DNA of 64,000 bases, from the NCBI GenBank assembly GCA_964252035.1, contig OZ176207.1; one strand, 5' to 3'. Position 1 is the first letter of the stretch; each line of letters begins with the position of its first letter. The notes below the pieces were generated by a model. It was given only the letters and a program-made list of their open reading frames with translations. It was not told the origin of the DNA and searched no databases. The DNA comes from Podarcis erhardii (Eukaryota). Made by a program: the position numbers and the translations under genes. This document shows positions 26,228 to 39,635 of the stretch, piece by piece.

Positions 26228-27590
26228 TTCCCCCCTCCATTTCTTTTGTTTTCTCTTTTGGTTAAAATTTAGCTTGATAAGTTCTGGAGTACTTGAATGT
26301 TGGCTCAGAAAGTTGTGACACGTTGGTTGGTCATGATAAAATTATCACCCAACTATTGAGGGTAGTATGTAGTGCAAGCAGAAAGTATCCACAGCCTGAT
26401 TATCTTCAGTGATCTTTCCGCAATACCAGAGTTAATATCATAAAGGTCTGGAAGCCTAACCTTATGAAAAACAGTGGGATGGGGTGGGGCACTGGGTATG
26501 TTTAGGCTGGGCAAGAGAAGACTGAGAGCCACTTGTGAAGGAACACCCTGCAGATCTGAACTCCCTTTCCTCTGCCCCACTTTCAGCTGTATCTTTAATT
26601 ACTATAGTTGTTTTTTTTTTTAAAAAATACCCTAATTAAACATTAGCAACATTTCCTACCATTTTGGGTCTGGATAAGTGTGTGGTCCCTTGGTTGGCTG
26701 AGGTGGGTTAGCTTGATTGTAACCCCCCTCCCAGATTAGAGTCATGCAAGGTTAAAAAAATCTCCTATCTTCTCCCAGCATGCACAATAACCCTCTCAAA
26801 CTTTGCTCCGAAGGTTTGGGAGAAACCCAGTACAGATTTAGGGAATGCACAGGGGAAAAAGATAAGAGCAGTTAATGCTTGCAATGATGGAATATGTTCT
26901 TTGAATACCACCACTAGTTTCCAATCAGCAACACAAATACTTTTCAGAAACCTAAAGAAATTGCATCTATTGTTACTGTGGCATCTCCTTTTGTCTCTCC
27001 TTTGGGCTGACAAGAGTGTGATAGGATCTCAAATTAAAAATTACGCTTTAAAATGGTTTTTATCACATTTTAACTATGAATGGCATCCTTCACCTTCTGT
27101 TGCTTCAGCACATGGTAATAGTTTCAGACAGCCAGGGTTCTGACTTTCTGTACAATTCAGAAGCTTGCTTCCTTGACCGACACAGCTCAACAAAATGTGT
27201 CATCCTCTCTCTTCCTTTTGGAGCGACACAGCAAGCACTATCTTCCCTGACCTCTCATGTTGCAATGCGACTTTGTTGCTCCCTGCGCTAACACCATAAA
27301 GTACCAGAAGAAACGGTGTGCAGTGTGTTATTGTAAGAGGGAGAAATTCCCCAGGAAGCAGGGAAGCAATAATAAGAACAAAGACTGTTCCTGGTGTCAA
27401 AACAATTATGTAGAGTGGATTCTAACTTATGTTGCTTTCATAAAAATAATTTTAAAACTCCCGGAAAGGTCAAAGTAATCTCTCTCTTTTTTATTTTTTA
27501 AAAAATATGTTTTAGCTTTAGGAAATAAAAGTTGTTTTGGATTACCTCCTCCTTCATTAGTAAATGAGCTGGTATTACACTTCCCAGCCA

Positions 27591-27598
27591 TGACGTCA
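27591..27598. promoter_or_regulatory. Consensus CRE palindrome TGACGTCA
   Basis: Exact 8-mer with an intact CpG in CpG-poor DNA. Function is not demonstrable from sequence alone. Confidence 0.2.
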
Positions 27599-28019
27599 CA
27601 AGAGTTGACATTCTCTAAGTTATAATGAGTTGCGTGTCGAGGTCCCCAAGCCACCCCCAAATAACTCACAACGCACACTTAATTCTTGGGAATGGGACAG
27701 ATTCTCCCTTCATATTTTTTTCTGGGCTGGGTGAGAAACACATTTGCTTCCTTCCCATCATTTGATAAGTGGGAGAAGGTAGCAATGCCCCCACATTTCT
27801 TCAGGAACCATTTCGCTTGTGCAAATGTGTGTTTATAGGCAAAGCCTCCTAATTTCACATATAAAATAACAGGATCTGAACTGGAGGTAGCTGACCAGGA
27901 ATTAAGCCATGGAGCTCCATGAAGATGTTCACCCAGTGTGCGTCAGCTGTTAAAAAGAAAGAAAAACATTTGTCATGCAATGCCACAAATAGAAGTATAT
28001 GTTTCTACTGTTGGAAGCA

Positions 28020-28187
28020 GTATGCTTATCAATACCAGTTGATGGAAACCGCAAGAGGGAACAATGCTGTTGCATTCTGGTCCTCCTTGTAGGCTTCCGA
28101 TGGGCATCTGATTGACCACTTTGAGAACAGGATGCTGGAGTAGATGGGCCACTGGCCTGATCCAGCAGAGATATTCTTATGTTCTCT
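28020..28187 (+). mobile_element. CR1-type 3' tail fragment
   Basis: gagaacaggatgctggagtagatgggccactggcctgatccagcag...ttcttatgttct; shared with 22770-22858. Confidence 0.55.
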
Positions 28188-29264
28188 AGTCTGCCCCTCA
28201 GCTTTGCCCTCCAAGTTGTTGCAAGAGACTCTGGTAATGGTTGGAGAGAGAGAGGTTTGGAAGAGAGATTCCTACTGTCCAGTAGCAAAGTTGGCAATTG
28301 CTTCAAGCACATTAAAACTTGGTTAGATTGAATCTTCCCTCATCCATTTTTAAACAAATGTTCCCTGTGAAAATACGTAGGCTAGAATAAATCACAGACA
28401 CTTAGCTTTGCAAATAAGTTCTTTACACACAGAGTTTCAGGAGTTACAGCAAACAAGTCTCCATCTGTTGATAGTAAAATAAAGATTTTTTTTTTTAAGG
28501 CTCCAAATGACTTGAAAAAAGCTTGGTTTCCTTACAAAAAGTATAATCAGCTGTGGTAGGGGAAGTTTGGGACTCACCTGTGATTCAAATCAATCAGTAT
28601 TGGGCAAGATAATGGGGCAGACCTGAGTGAAGCCTGCCTTCACTCAGGTCTGCCAACAACTTATTTTAAGTGGCTGCACTCAGTCTCAGCAGCACAGTTC
28701 CCAATGGATGTTGGGGAGCGAGGACATTCCTGAAGAACTGAAGGTTTGTTAGGCTGTGGTGGTGGGCCTGTGAAGAGAAGCAGCTGAAGACCTTTCAGCA
28801 TTGGTGGTGGGGCCTGGGAAGCAGCCCAAACACCCCAATTTTGGCACCAATGAAATGTGCCTGGAGGAGAATTGGGCTAGGAGGCGAGTGATGAGGTACC
28901 GAAACAAAGGCATTTTTAAGTGCCACAAGCTTTAAATCCTAAAGGCACTTAAAAGTGTCAACAGAGCAGCTTTGCAGCTAGGGAGTGCTACTGCTACCAA
29001 GGACCACAGGAGCACCCCAGAATCTCCCCCATAAAGACTATTAAAATCCCTTTAAAATGTCTTCAGACAGTTTCCTTTTGTTAAAAAAGTTGCCACTGCA
29101 TATATCCTCATACAGTTTTGATGGAATTTGAAGTAACAGGAAGTTTTGATTTCACTGTCTCTCTCTCTTAATTTACAATTTGAAAAAGTAAGCAATTGAG
29201 CCTGTCAAGGTGGTATATAGAGTCAAGGCCAAACTGCTGCAATCAGATGAGGGGAAAGGTCATT

Positions 29265-29410
29265 NNNNNNNNNNNNNNNNNNNNNNNNNNNNNNNNNNNN
29301 NNNNNNNNNNNNNNNNNNNNNNNNNNNNNNNNNNNNNNNNNNNNNNNNNNNNNNNNNNNNNNNNNNNNNNNNNNNNNNNNNNNNNNNNNNNNNNNNNNNN
29401 NNNNNNNNNN
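29265..29410. other. Assembly gap (146 N)
   Basis: Direct reading. Confidence 1.
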
Positions 29411-31310
29411 NTTAGCCCCGACTTGCCTTGAGCTTTTTTTTCTTATTTCACAAACACAACTAAACGGAGATAGTTTAAACACTCTGCTGTTTCATCAATG
29501 CAATATGAGTGAAAGCTTAACAGGAGTTTTCTTTTAAAAGCACTGGAACAGGTCTTCACTAGAAATGTGATTGAGAAAGAAAATGAAAGGAATAGCAATT
29601 TGATTATTGATTTAACTGTGAATGAAGAAGGGAGAAAGATGAGGCTATTTTTTTCATGACTTGAAGTGAATTGTTCTACACAGCCAAATAAATATAAAAT
29701 GTGGAATGGACATAGCTTGGGGGGAGGGGCTGCTTCATCAAAGCTCTCTAGCTGTTGCCACCTGGACTAGGACCATGTAAAAATGTATTTTAGTTCTTGA
29801 ATAACTGCACTTAGTCCTAGTTAATTTTCAGCCCCAAGTGCTAGTGCTTATCTCTACCTGTGTAGGACTACTTTCTTCTACATAAAATTGCTCAGGCATT
29901 GAAGTAATCTTTGAAGGCCCTTCTCCAGGGGCCATTGCCTTCTGAGGGTACATAACAAAAATTTGGAAGAGGGCCTTCATAACCAACACTTCATCTGTGA
30001 AACGCCTCCCTCCCCATGAAAGATGCAGGTGGAGAAACAATGAATCCTGCCTGGGAAGGTTATCTAAAAGTTGTATACTTTTATACATAGCATTGTTTTA
30101 TATACTGTAAGATTATCTGGTCTGTGAATTGTTAGCTGTATGAGTTTTAAAGATTAGCAGTTCACCAGTAACTGAGTGTAAAAAATAAATTGCATAGGTG
30201 GCCTATAGTTGACAGCCTGCCATTAAACAGCAGAGCTGTTACAGATCCTAAGGAAGTGACTATTTGCCTTGAGAGGTTCACTGTTATGCCAAGTTGACAT
30301 TAGTGGCCATTTCTTTTCTGATGGGACAGTAGAATCCTAAAACAGTGGAGCAAAAGTCTATGGGGGAATATTCTCTCTTTGCTCATTGGCCACACTTAGA
30401 ACACATAATAAAAAGGTATTAAATAATACCTTTGCATAATAAAAAGGTAAAAAACAACACTGAGATGCTAAAGTGATCAAAATCAGAAGAAAGTGTAAGG
30501 AGTGAAGTTTCAAATGTAACTTTTAAATGAGGAAGAGAAAAATTGTACTTGCCCCTAAAGATACTTGGATATTAAGATTAGAAGAATAGCATTTTAAAAT
30601 TCTCTTGCCTAGAGTTGGTAAAAAATGATTTTTGTTGGCCCTTGTGAGGTTGCACACTCATCTTATTAGTTGCTGCCTCTGAAACTGATTGAAAGCGGTC
30701 ATTGCTGGACATCAAGAACTCTAGCTTACTTCAGAAAGCAGGAGCCAAAGAATGCCATCAGTTTAATCAGGAAATCATTACAAGGGAGTTAATAACAGTG
30801 TTGTTGCCAGTGAACAATGCCACGAATATTTATAGGGGTTTATTTCAAAGAGTAATTGAATGATGGAAGGGGAAAATACTACAAAGTCTTTTCTTGCCTC
30901 CACTTTTCCTGCTGAACTCGTTGGCAGAGATAAAAAGTGACCAAAGGAGTTGGTAGAAGTAGAGGACATTTTGTGATTTATATGTTGGCCTCACAAACTT
31001 TGGAACTGGGCAACCACCAGCTCCAGCACTGATATTATAATGCCAAGGTTTTGACAAGGTGTAAACAAAGGAAGAGAAGGTTGAGTGAGGAGCAAAGGTT
31101 TGGGGCAAGTTGTGAGGGGAAAATGGTTTTTGTGAGGCGAATGGTTCTTGGGATGAAGTGTAAAAGGAGGGGATAGGGTTAAGTGTAAAGTGAAGGGGTT
31201 GGCAAATTGGCTGGATTGGAGAACAGTGTGAACTGGAGTGAAGCTCCTAGTATTGGAATAACACTAATGGCCACTTCTGCATCATTTCAGATTATATTCT
31301 ATGTTTGTAT

Positions 31311-31657
31311 CAGTGGTTCCCAAACTCTTTTGTGCTACTGATTCCTTCCTTCTATAAACTCATCCCCAGTGCTCCCTACCCTGTAAGGAGCATTATTCAG
31401 AATTGTGCTTTGCATGACACATTAAGGAAAACAATAAAATTCAAAACAGTAACAATTAATTGCACATTTATTCACAATCCAATTTAAACTATTTATTTTA
31501 ATTCAACAGAATTGAGGAACTTGATTCAGTGATACCAGCTTTTCAGTCATTTATACCTTCAGAGCCCCCTGTCTCCCTCTTGCCTCTTAGAGCCCCCTCC
31601 CTGCATCCAATGCCCCCCCCCCCCAGCTGGTGGTACCACTTATTTTGGAAACCAGTA
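31311..31657. mobile_element. hAT (Charlie-like) MITE
   Basis: TIRs cagtggttcccaaa / tttggaaaccagta, flanked by a degenerate 8-bp TSD gtttgtat / gtctatat (6/8). Confidence 0.6.
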
Positions 31658-33700
31658 GTCTATATTATTCCTCAGATTGCAAAGGGTCCTGAAGCATGGG
31701 GAAGAAAAACATTAATGTTTAAACATATAACTGAACAACAGTGATTTGGAGAGAAGAGTGATGGATTTATATTATTCCACTCACATGCAAATGAAGCTTT
31801 TATTTAGGCCATGGAGATATTCTTATATTTATTTTAAAGGGATCTGTTTTAATAAGTGCTAAAACTTGCACATGGTGTTTCTTTATGATGAAAAGAACGA
31901 GGAGACAAAATATGTTTTTGCAAATATGAAACTAACAACTTTATGAGACATGTGTGAACAGTGGCATGTCAGCTGTCTAAATTTAGATCAATACTTTCAA
32001 ACTTATCTTAATTAGCCATTGAGGTACAGAATTTGATATTCATTGACTCAGAAACTTCAATTTATGCATATCATATTCACTTTCATTTCATTTTTGAGCA
32101 CTTTGGGATGCCATTTAATTTTGTCTCTTGTAATTCAACAAATATTGTCACATTCTGTTGCAGAGAAGAAGAAAAGGAGCCCATAAAAACAGTCTAAGTC
32201 TTCATTAAGGGAAAAAAATTAAGTACACTCCAATTCAATATTTCCTGCACCGATAAAGAGTGCATGCTGCTGAGTCCAAGACTGGCTATTGCTGTGCCAT
32301 ACCAGTGTCCCTAGAGGAAGAGGAAGATGGGGCTCTTGCACTTTTAATAATTGTTCCTGTATATGCAGATGGAATTTCTGCATATGCCAATTTTCTTGCC
32401 CTGTACAATGATAATTCCTCTTCTGGACAACTATTAAAACTACAGGAGCTCTTTCAATCCCCCCTACCCATCTCTTTTATCTGCTTGCTTCTAAAACAGC
32501 ACAGCTAGGCATTCCCATGTGTTCCTTAGTTCAAGGAATGCTTCCTTATAAGAACGCATGAAGATCCCTGCTTACTCAGACTTGCACAGCATTATAGGAG
32601 CCAGCTCCTAAAGGTGAGGGGGCTTTGCCCCCCAATAAAATATTTGAGGGGGCCAAGCCCCCTGAAAGTTGATGGACATTGTCATTCAAATGGTGTGCAC
32701 ACGCTGCATCATGTGCTGAATTATGCTGGGTGTCCCCCCCAATATTTTATTAAAGTTGGCACCCCGCAAAACATTCTGTCCTCAGAACAGCCAATCAGAT
32801 ACCTATGGATAGCCCATAAGCAAGGACATGGGCACAATGGCACTCTTCTGCTTGTGACAATTAGCAGCCTCCGTGCATTTATTATTAACCTTATTCATTT
32901 GTAAGGTGCAACATTATTGTGACAATATTTTCTTGCAAAACTTTAACTGGATACATTACAAGGGAAGTATGTTGTACGAAAGTACTATCAATGTTCCGAC
33001 AAACATAATACGCCCTGGATTTCTATGGTCTTACCATATGTTTCTTCTAGGAGAGTTCTTTGGGTGGCAACCTTAGGTATAAAAAGAAGTATCTTGGTGT
33101 ACAAACTACTTTCTTTGCTATCCGTGTTATCAGTTGCCATACTAATCCAGGTCTACAGAAGCTGAGAGTCAGAGGATTAGCGGATGACTCACTCTCCGCT
33201 AACATGTTGTTGTATCTTTGAAGGAAATAGGACAACACTATCGTAAGTAATGTACAGATTTCCTCATATCCGTATTGACTATTGTGTTTTGTTCCCTGGG
33301 GATACCAGCCCATTGTTTGTCAGCCTGAACTACCCTCTTGAAACCAATGCATTGTGCAGTCTTATAATGTCATGAAGCTGAAAATCAATAAGACAAGCAA
33401 ATGAATTTATTTTGTACTAATCTCCATCATACCTTGCCAATATCCCTCGCTTGCAGCAAATTTTGTTCTGCTTGCCATGTACCAAGAGGCTGAAGAAGTC
33501 TGAAGGCATGAATAAGTGTGGCTTTGCATTAACAATTGGGGAGAAACCTGGACTGTGTAAGATCAGAGCATAATAATAGCCTTTATTCCTTTTTTAAACT
33601 GATGACTGGTAGGGACCTAAAAACCAGCTAATCCAAAGTTCACTGCAAAGATTATTCATAACTAAATACACACACAACAGGACTGCTAAACTGTTTGATA

Positions 33701-34622
33701 AAGTGGACATACTGGGAACCTTGGGAGGAAGTGATCATTTCCTTTTGGGCTTCATGATACAAGGGAAAGCTGTGTGTAGTTGGATGTGCACTCTGGACTT
33801 TAAGAAGGCCAATTTCAAATAGCTTAAGGAAGTACTGGGTGAGATCCCCTGATCAGAAATACTCAAAGAGAAGGGAATCCAAGATGGATGGGAGTTTCTT
33901 AAAGGTGAAATATTGAAGGCCTAAATACAGAGAATTTCATAAAGAAAAAAAAATGGGAGGCATCTAAAGAAAGTGTGGCTGCATAAGGAGCTTACAGAAA
34001 AGTAGAGACTTAAGAAGGGCATGTATAAGAAATGGAAGAAAGGGGAAACCACAAAGGAAGAGTATCCATGAGTAGCCTGCAGTTGCAAGGAGATCAGGCA
34101 AGCCAAAGCTCAGAATGAGCTCAGGGTTGCAACAATAAGGCTTTTTGGGGGGCTATGTTTGAAGCAAGAGAAAGAAAAAGCAAGTAGTGGGTTCTTCATG
34201 GAAAAGATGGGAAAATGCTATGGGGTTACAGAGAGAGGGCAGTACTGCTCAACACCTACTATGCCTTTGTCTTCACCCAAAAGGAAAACAGTGCCCAGCC
34301 TGGTGGTAATAGAAAAAATGATGAAAAGAAGGAGCTGAAGCCCAGGATAGGAAAGCTTGCTTTCTCCTGCTCCAGAGGGTAGGAATTGAACCAATGGCTT
34401 CAAGTTATAAGTAAGGAGATTTTGACTAAACGTCAGGAAGAACTTTCTGTCAGTAAGAGCTGTTTGACAGTGAAATAGACTCCCTCAGAAGGTGGTGGAC
34501 TCTCCTTTGGAGGTTGGATGGCCCTCCGTTTTGGGTGCTTTAGCTGAGATTCCTGCATTGCAGGGGTTTGGACTAGATGAACATCTGGGTCTCTTCCAAC
34601 CCTACAGCTCTATTATTTTATG
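33701..34622 (+). mobile_element. CR1 LINE with a large internal deletion
   Basis: The 5' part resembles the post-endonuclease region (GTLGGSDH...LDFKKANF...EILKEKGIQDGWEFLKGEILKA). At ~34351 it jumps to the ORF2 C-terminus and 3' UTR (ggactagatga...ctcttccaacc...ctattattttatg). Confidence 0.85.
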
Positions 34623-35356
34623 TCTCCACACATTTAAAAGTAATTGCAGGAAAGGAAGGTACAAGGAAAAAGTTTTGTGAAGCTGGCAGTAGGTTTGGTG
34701 AAACAGTTATGGTGACTTTTTGAGCTGTTCAGATGCCCTTAACATTAACAGAATATAATGAAAGCCTCTTTAAGCTCAAAGATTTGTTTGAGGCACGTTG
34801 AACCCTGATATTTGACTTTAATTCCTTTTCAGTGAACAAATGACAAAAGGTCTAAATTAGGTCTGCTTCCCCTTGAAATATCAGCATCCTTCTACTTGCT
34901 GAGGTAGTGGACAGATGTACTCCTTTCTAAAATCCCAGTATTCAAGGATTACTATTACTATTAATACTACCACTTTGCCGGAAAAAAATGTGATCCATAA
35001 TTATAAGTAAGGATAGAAGGACTAAACAAATCTCAGTAGAGCACAGTTGCTCTTTAGGTGTTCTCAAAGACACATGGGAATTTTTTGCTTATTTGTGAGC
35101 AGTTACTGTGGGGCTGTAAGTTAGTTTCAGTTCCTCACAGAAGTGGGGAATATTCTGTGGGCCTTTCCTATGGAATGAACACTGCATTGAAAGGGGACTT
35201 GAAAGTGTGAGCTTTTTCTTTCCACTGTATCAGTGGTCACCAAGCCTTTAGGGCCTATAAGATATCTGAGAGTATCTTTATTGTTGAGCACTGCACCTCA
35301 TGAAAGTGTGCTTGGACTGGTGAATCAGGTGGCCTCTTGTCCACTTTCTTATCATG

Positions 35357-35495
35357 CAGCAGTCTTCCCCAATCTTGTGCCCTCCAGATGCTTTGGACTA
35401 CAGCTGCCACTGCCCTGACTACAGTGCATGCTGGCAAGGGCTGATGGGAGTTGTGGGCCAAAAAATCTGCAGGACACTTGGTTGGGGAAATGCTG
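35357..35495. mobile_element. ~135-bp hAT MITE
   Basis: Inverted ends cagtcttccccaa / ttggggaaatgctg and internal ccctccagatg...gggagttgt; same family as 39420-39549. Confidence 0.55.
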
Positions 35496-38219
35496 TTCTA
35501 GAGCATTGCAGATAGTTTTTTTCCTTGTTATCATAATCATAGTATACAAAGTCTGCAGGCATGTTACATATAGGTAATTGTTTCTTCCACATGTGGGATA
35601 TCACACACCATTTTCTCCCACTGCTGAATAAAAACAGACAATTCAGGGTACTCTGACAAGTCCCAGTTCCATTAAAGTATTTATTTTTAGAAGCCTAGAG
35701 GGGCATGATGTGCCAAAAGTGGTGGAAAAGGTCCAGGGGGTATAGATTGTATATTTCATTATACCTGTCCCCTCCCCTATATTCACTGCCATAATTCATG
35801 CACTGAGATAATTTTTCTGCTCTTTTCTGCTAGTTTTCTTATTTCCTTTTAGATGTAACATACTACAGAGTTTTTCAGAAGAACTATCTGTGTAATCATG
35901 CCATTAGACTTATTCAAAGAAAGTATGGTAACTAACTTCAGTCATGGTCTTTCATAAACTCTTGACTTTTTCATCAAGGTTATGCTAGGGGACAAAACTC
36001 CTCAGACTTTTATTATAAGGCTCCAAGATCATTTTTACAAGCTCTGCAACCTTGATAGCTCTGAACTACACATATATTCCCCTTCCAAAGGTTTTAAGGA
36101 TTCCAGGGTTTATGATCAGCTTAAAGACTTACGACATCTATCTGTATATCTGTCCATGGGGAATATCTTTGCACATTTCAAAGGCAATTTTCTTTCTTTA
36201 AGAAAACAAGTAGGTCAGATGTACTATGTAAATAACAATGGTATACTTTGTGTATCTCGTATTGATCTGTCAAATTTCAAATATGGAGCATGTTAGCTGA
36301 ATTAGAAATTAGATTCAAACTTAGACAGAGAAAACTGAATATGTAAACATGTAGAAATATGAGTGTTCTATAGAAATATACAACTGCTCTATAAACACAG
36401 GACTCCAGCTGAGGTCAGGAAGGCCCCCTCCCTTTTGAACTTCTGGCGCCTACCAAAGACTTAAACAACAACAACAACACCCCAGTAGGCATTTTAGTTT
36501 GATTTGGTAAACTGCTTAAGTTCATATTTTGCTCCAGCATTTCCCTCCTTTAGTAACCCATTTTGGGAATGTAGAATATGAAACAGTATATGTCATTTTG
36601 TTGTTTAGAAGGCCACGTTTTCTAAAATAACGCAGGGATTTTCTATCAAAGGAGAGCAGGATGACCTATTGCATCAGCAGCACCAACTGAACAGTCTGAT
36701 GGTTGGTCTTGTTTCCTACCTACACAGTTGCCAGCCTACAGTGACATACTTACACAAACATATGATCCTAACAGCAAGGGAATAAAACATTATGAGGAAA
36801 ACAACTTTGGGCTCCAGAAGTGGGGAATGGTGAAAAGGAGGCATGGGTCCTAGAATACTGTTTAGGAGGAATAAGTGGTGTAGGTCCAAGAGTTAGAAAA
36901 TAAGAACTATAGAGCCCCTGTCCTCACTACCTAGGTGGTCTGGGGGCTTCTTTTGCACTCCCACAGTCCTAACAGTGCAAGCTTTAAAAGAAAAAGGAGC
37001 ACAGGGCTTTTCAATTCTGAAGTATCATCAATTGCAGTTACTTGACATGGATAAAGTGTCAAAGACCAGTAACACTATAGCCATCTATGTATTAATTACA
37101 TTTTTATCTCACCTTACCACCAAGTGATGCTCAAAGCAGTTTCTTTGGCATAATGCCATGCAAAATCACTATGGTTACTGAATAAAATAAACTACACAGC
37201 CTTTAAAATCTCAATGCATAGCTCAAATCTGTATGGATTATTTGCAGGACATAACCAAGTTCAATGCTTCATTATTTTGCTTGGGTAAAAATGATTCCCT
37301 CCCCCTACCCTTGTCTAGTCATGCTGGAAATCAAACAAGTCATTCTGAAACAACCATTTCAAGATAAGTGTGATGTGTCAGCATCTCCCTCTTTGACTTG
37401 GAGCCACAATTACATTGCTTCTTGTCAGCAAGAGGTTAGAACATTTATTTTGTTTCAACTAGCAAAGAAAGACGCATTTTGTAACTTGGTGCCAGGAAGT
37501 GCATGACCTACAAGCTGTTTATTTATTATGTCAAAAAAGAGGGATGGGATTTTTTTCAATGTGTTGTTCTGTATTATTTCACTCAATTTCCATTATTTCA
37601 CTCAATTTCCATTGTCTTCCTTAAAACTCTTTCATTGCTTTTGAGGCCTTGCCAGCTCAGAAGGGTGGGTGGTGGGGAGATGAGTGGTTCTGATTTTAGT
37701 TAACTTTGAGGAATTTGCCCTTCTTCAATTCTGATATGAACTGGCTTGATCCACATACAAATGCAAGGATTGGAAGTTAGCTATCCACCAGATTTCACAC
37801 TTCTCTGAATCTTGCAATGCAATTCTTTGCTGCTTAAACACATTAAAAAATCCAGATAAAAATTCTCATGTGAGAGGATATATGTTTAGAAATATGTATT
37901 TTTGAGATAAAATATTATGTGTGTGCACATGGGCAAATTTTTATGCATGTACAAAATGGTGTGATCCCAAATTAGAGTGATTTCCCCATCATCCCTGATT
38001 AATTTCCTGCATACTGTTGGGATGTGCTAGGGGAGATCTATCCCAGAGCTTGTATCAAGTATTGAGGCAACCAAGGCAAGATTAGTGAGGTAACTGAAGT
38101 GGATTATTTGGTTCAGAATGTGAATTTGCCAGTGGCGTAGTGCTGTGTTACAAATTGAAATGTCATTTCCCTATTCACCCACAATGTGGGATTTAAAAGG
38201 AGATTCTGTATATGTGCAT

Positions 38220-38488
38220 GTTGTTGTTGTTGTTTAGTCGTTTAGTCATGTCCGACTCTTCATGACCCCATGGACCAGAGCACGCCAGGCACTCCTGTCT
38301 TCCACTGCCTCCCGCAGTTTGGTCAAACTCATGCTGGTAGCTTCAAGAACACCATCCAACCATCTCGTCCTCCGTCTTCCCCTTCTCCTTGTGCCCTCCA
38401 TCTTTCCTAACACCAGGGTCTTTTCCAGGGAGTCTTCTCTTCTCATGAGGTGGCCAAAGTACTGGAGCCTCAGCTTCACTATCTGTCC
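38220..38488 (-). mobile_element. RTE-BovB LINE 3' fragment
   Basis: ORF 38246-38497 reads KLRLQYFGHLMRREDSLEKTLVLGKMEGTRRRGRRRTRWLDGV. It has a (CAA)n tail and TSD tatgtgcat at 38211-38219 and 38489-38497. Confidence 0.92.
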
Positions 38489-39326
38489 TATGTGCATACT
38501 GCAATGCTTATTTCCACCTATTTTTTGTCCCAGTCCTGGACACTACTTAATGATGCCAAGAGATTGCAGGAAGCAAGCTTCCCATTGTGAGAAAATGCTA
38601 GAATCCATCTGTAGTATCATTTCCCCCAATCTTTCCTGCCTCTTTTTGCCCTCTTTTTAACTTCCTCATATTCTGCCTTGGCTTACAATCATCCTCTATA
38701 ATAGCATTCTTATTTCTTGTTGTTTCTTCTTCTTGTCAAATCCATAAAGTGGTTCAAATCTGTCTTGGCTGGGCTGCCCTCAGGAAGTGTGGCTTTCTTG
38801 GAGGAGAAGCTTCCAGGTTCTGGTATTACAAGGCTGAGTAAAATAATTGGGATTGAAGCTGAAGCATCATAGCTGAGATGGCTATTCCTATAGTGGAACA
38901 GAGTCTTTACATGAGATAAAATGTTTCAATCTGATAATTATAGACAAGACTTTTTAAAAAGCAACTGTAGCCATTTCTAAATTAAAATGTACTACATGGA
39001 AAGAAGTACATTCTGAAATGTACTTTTATGTCTCCTTTAAACCTAGTTCTGCCACTATGTCAATCCATGAGGGACACTATAGGGCAAAATGGTACTTGCC
39101 AGTTGGCCAAACTGTGTTTAAAAGAAGAAGAGGGGTTAAATCATCACCATTTTTTCTAGTAGGCTCACACCTCCAAATATTTCCTCCTACCCCCAGCCCA
39201 CGCAAAACAGCACTCATTCATCTCCTCTGAGAGTAGGATTGTGTCTGCTACTCTTCCTGTAACCCAGATGCAAACAATCTTTTGTTTATTACTCTGACTG
39301 GTCTATTTGGAGAAAGATTATTGAAA

Positions 39327-39635
39327 AGGCCATAGTTCTGTGGTGGAGCATCTACCTTGCATTTAGAAGGTCCCAGTTTCAGAACCTAGCATCTCCAGGA
39401 AGGCCTAGAGCCTGTAGAGCAGGTTTCCTCAACCTTGGCCCTCCAGATGTTTTGAGACTATAATTCCCATCATCCCTGACCACTGGTCCTGCCAGCTAGG
39501 GATCATGGGAGTTGTAGGCCAAAAACATCTGGAGGGCCGAGGAAACCTGCTATAGAGAGTTGTAGCCCACCAAGGTAGACAGCACTGAAGGAGATGTACT
39601 GATGCTCTGATACATTAGTATTCTATGTTCCTATG
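39327..39635 (+). mobile_element. Squam2-like tRNA-derived SINE interrupted by a hAT MITE
   Basis: Head ggccatagttctgtggtggagcatctaccttgcatttagaaggtcccag and tail gtagacagcactga...ttctatgttcctatg. Confidence 0.65.
39420..39549. mobile_element. 130-bp hAT MITE
   Basis: TIRs caggtttcctc / gaggaaacctg, subterminal ccctccagatgtttt / aaaacatctggaggg, and 8-bp TSD ctgtagag / ctatagag (7/8). Confidence 0.85.

Noticed and set aside
29196-29537. ORFs spanning X residues
   Set aside because: Artefacts of the N gap.
35982-36296. 104-aa ORF in AT-rich DNA
   Set aside because: No recognisable motif; one such ORF in 64 kb is compatible with chance.
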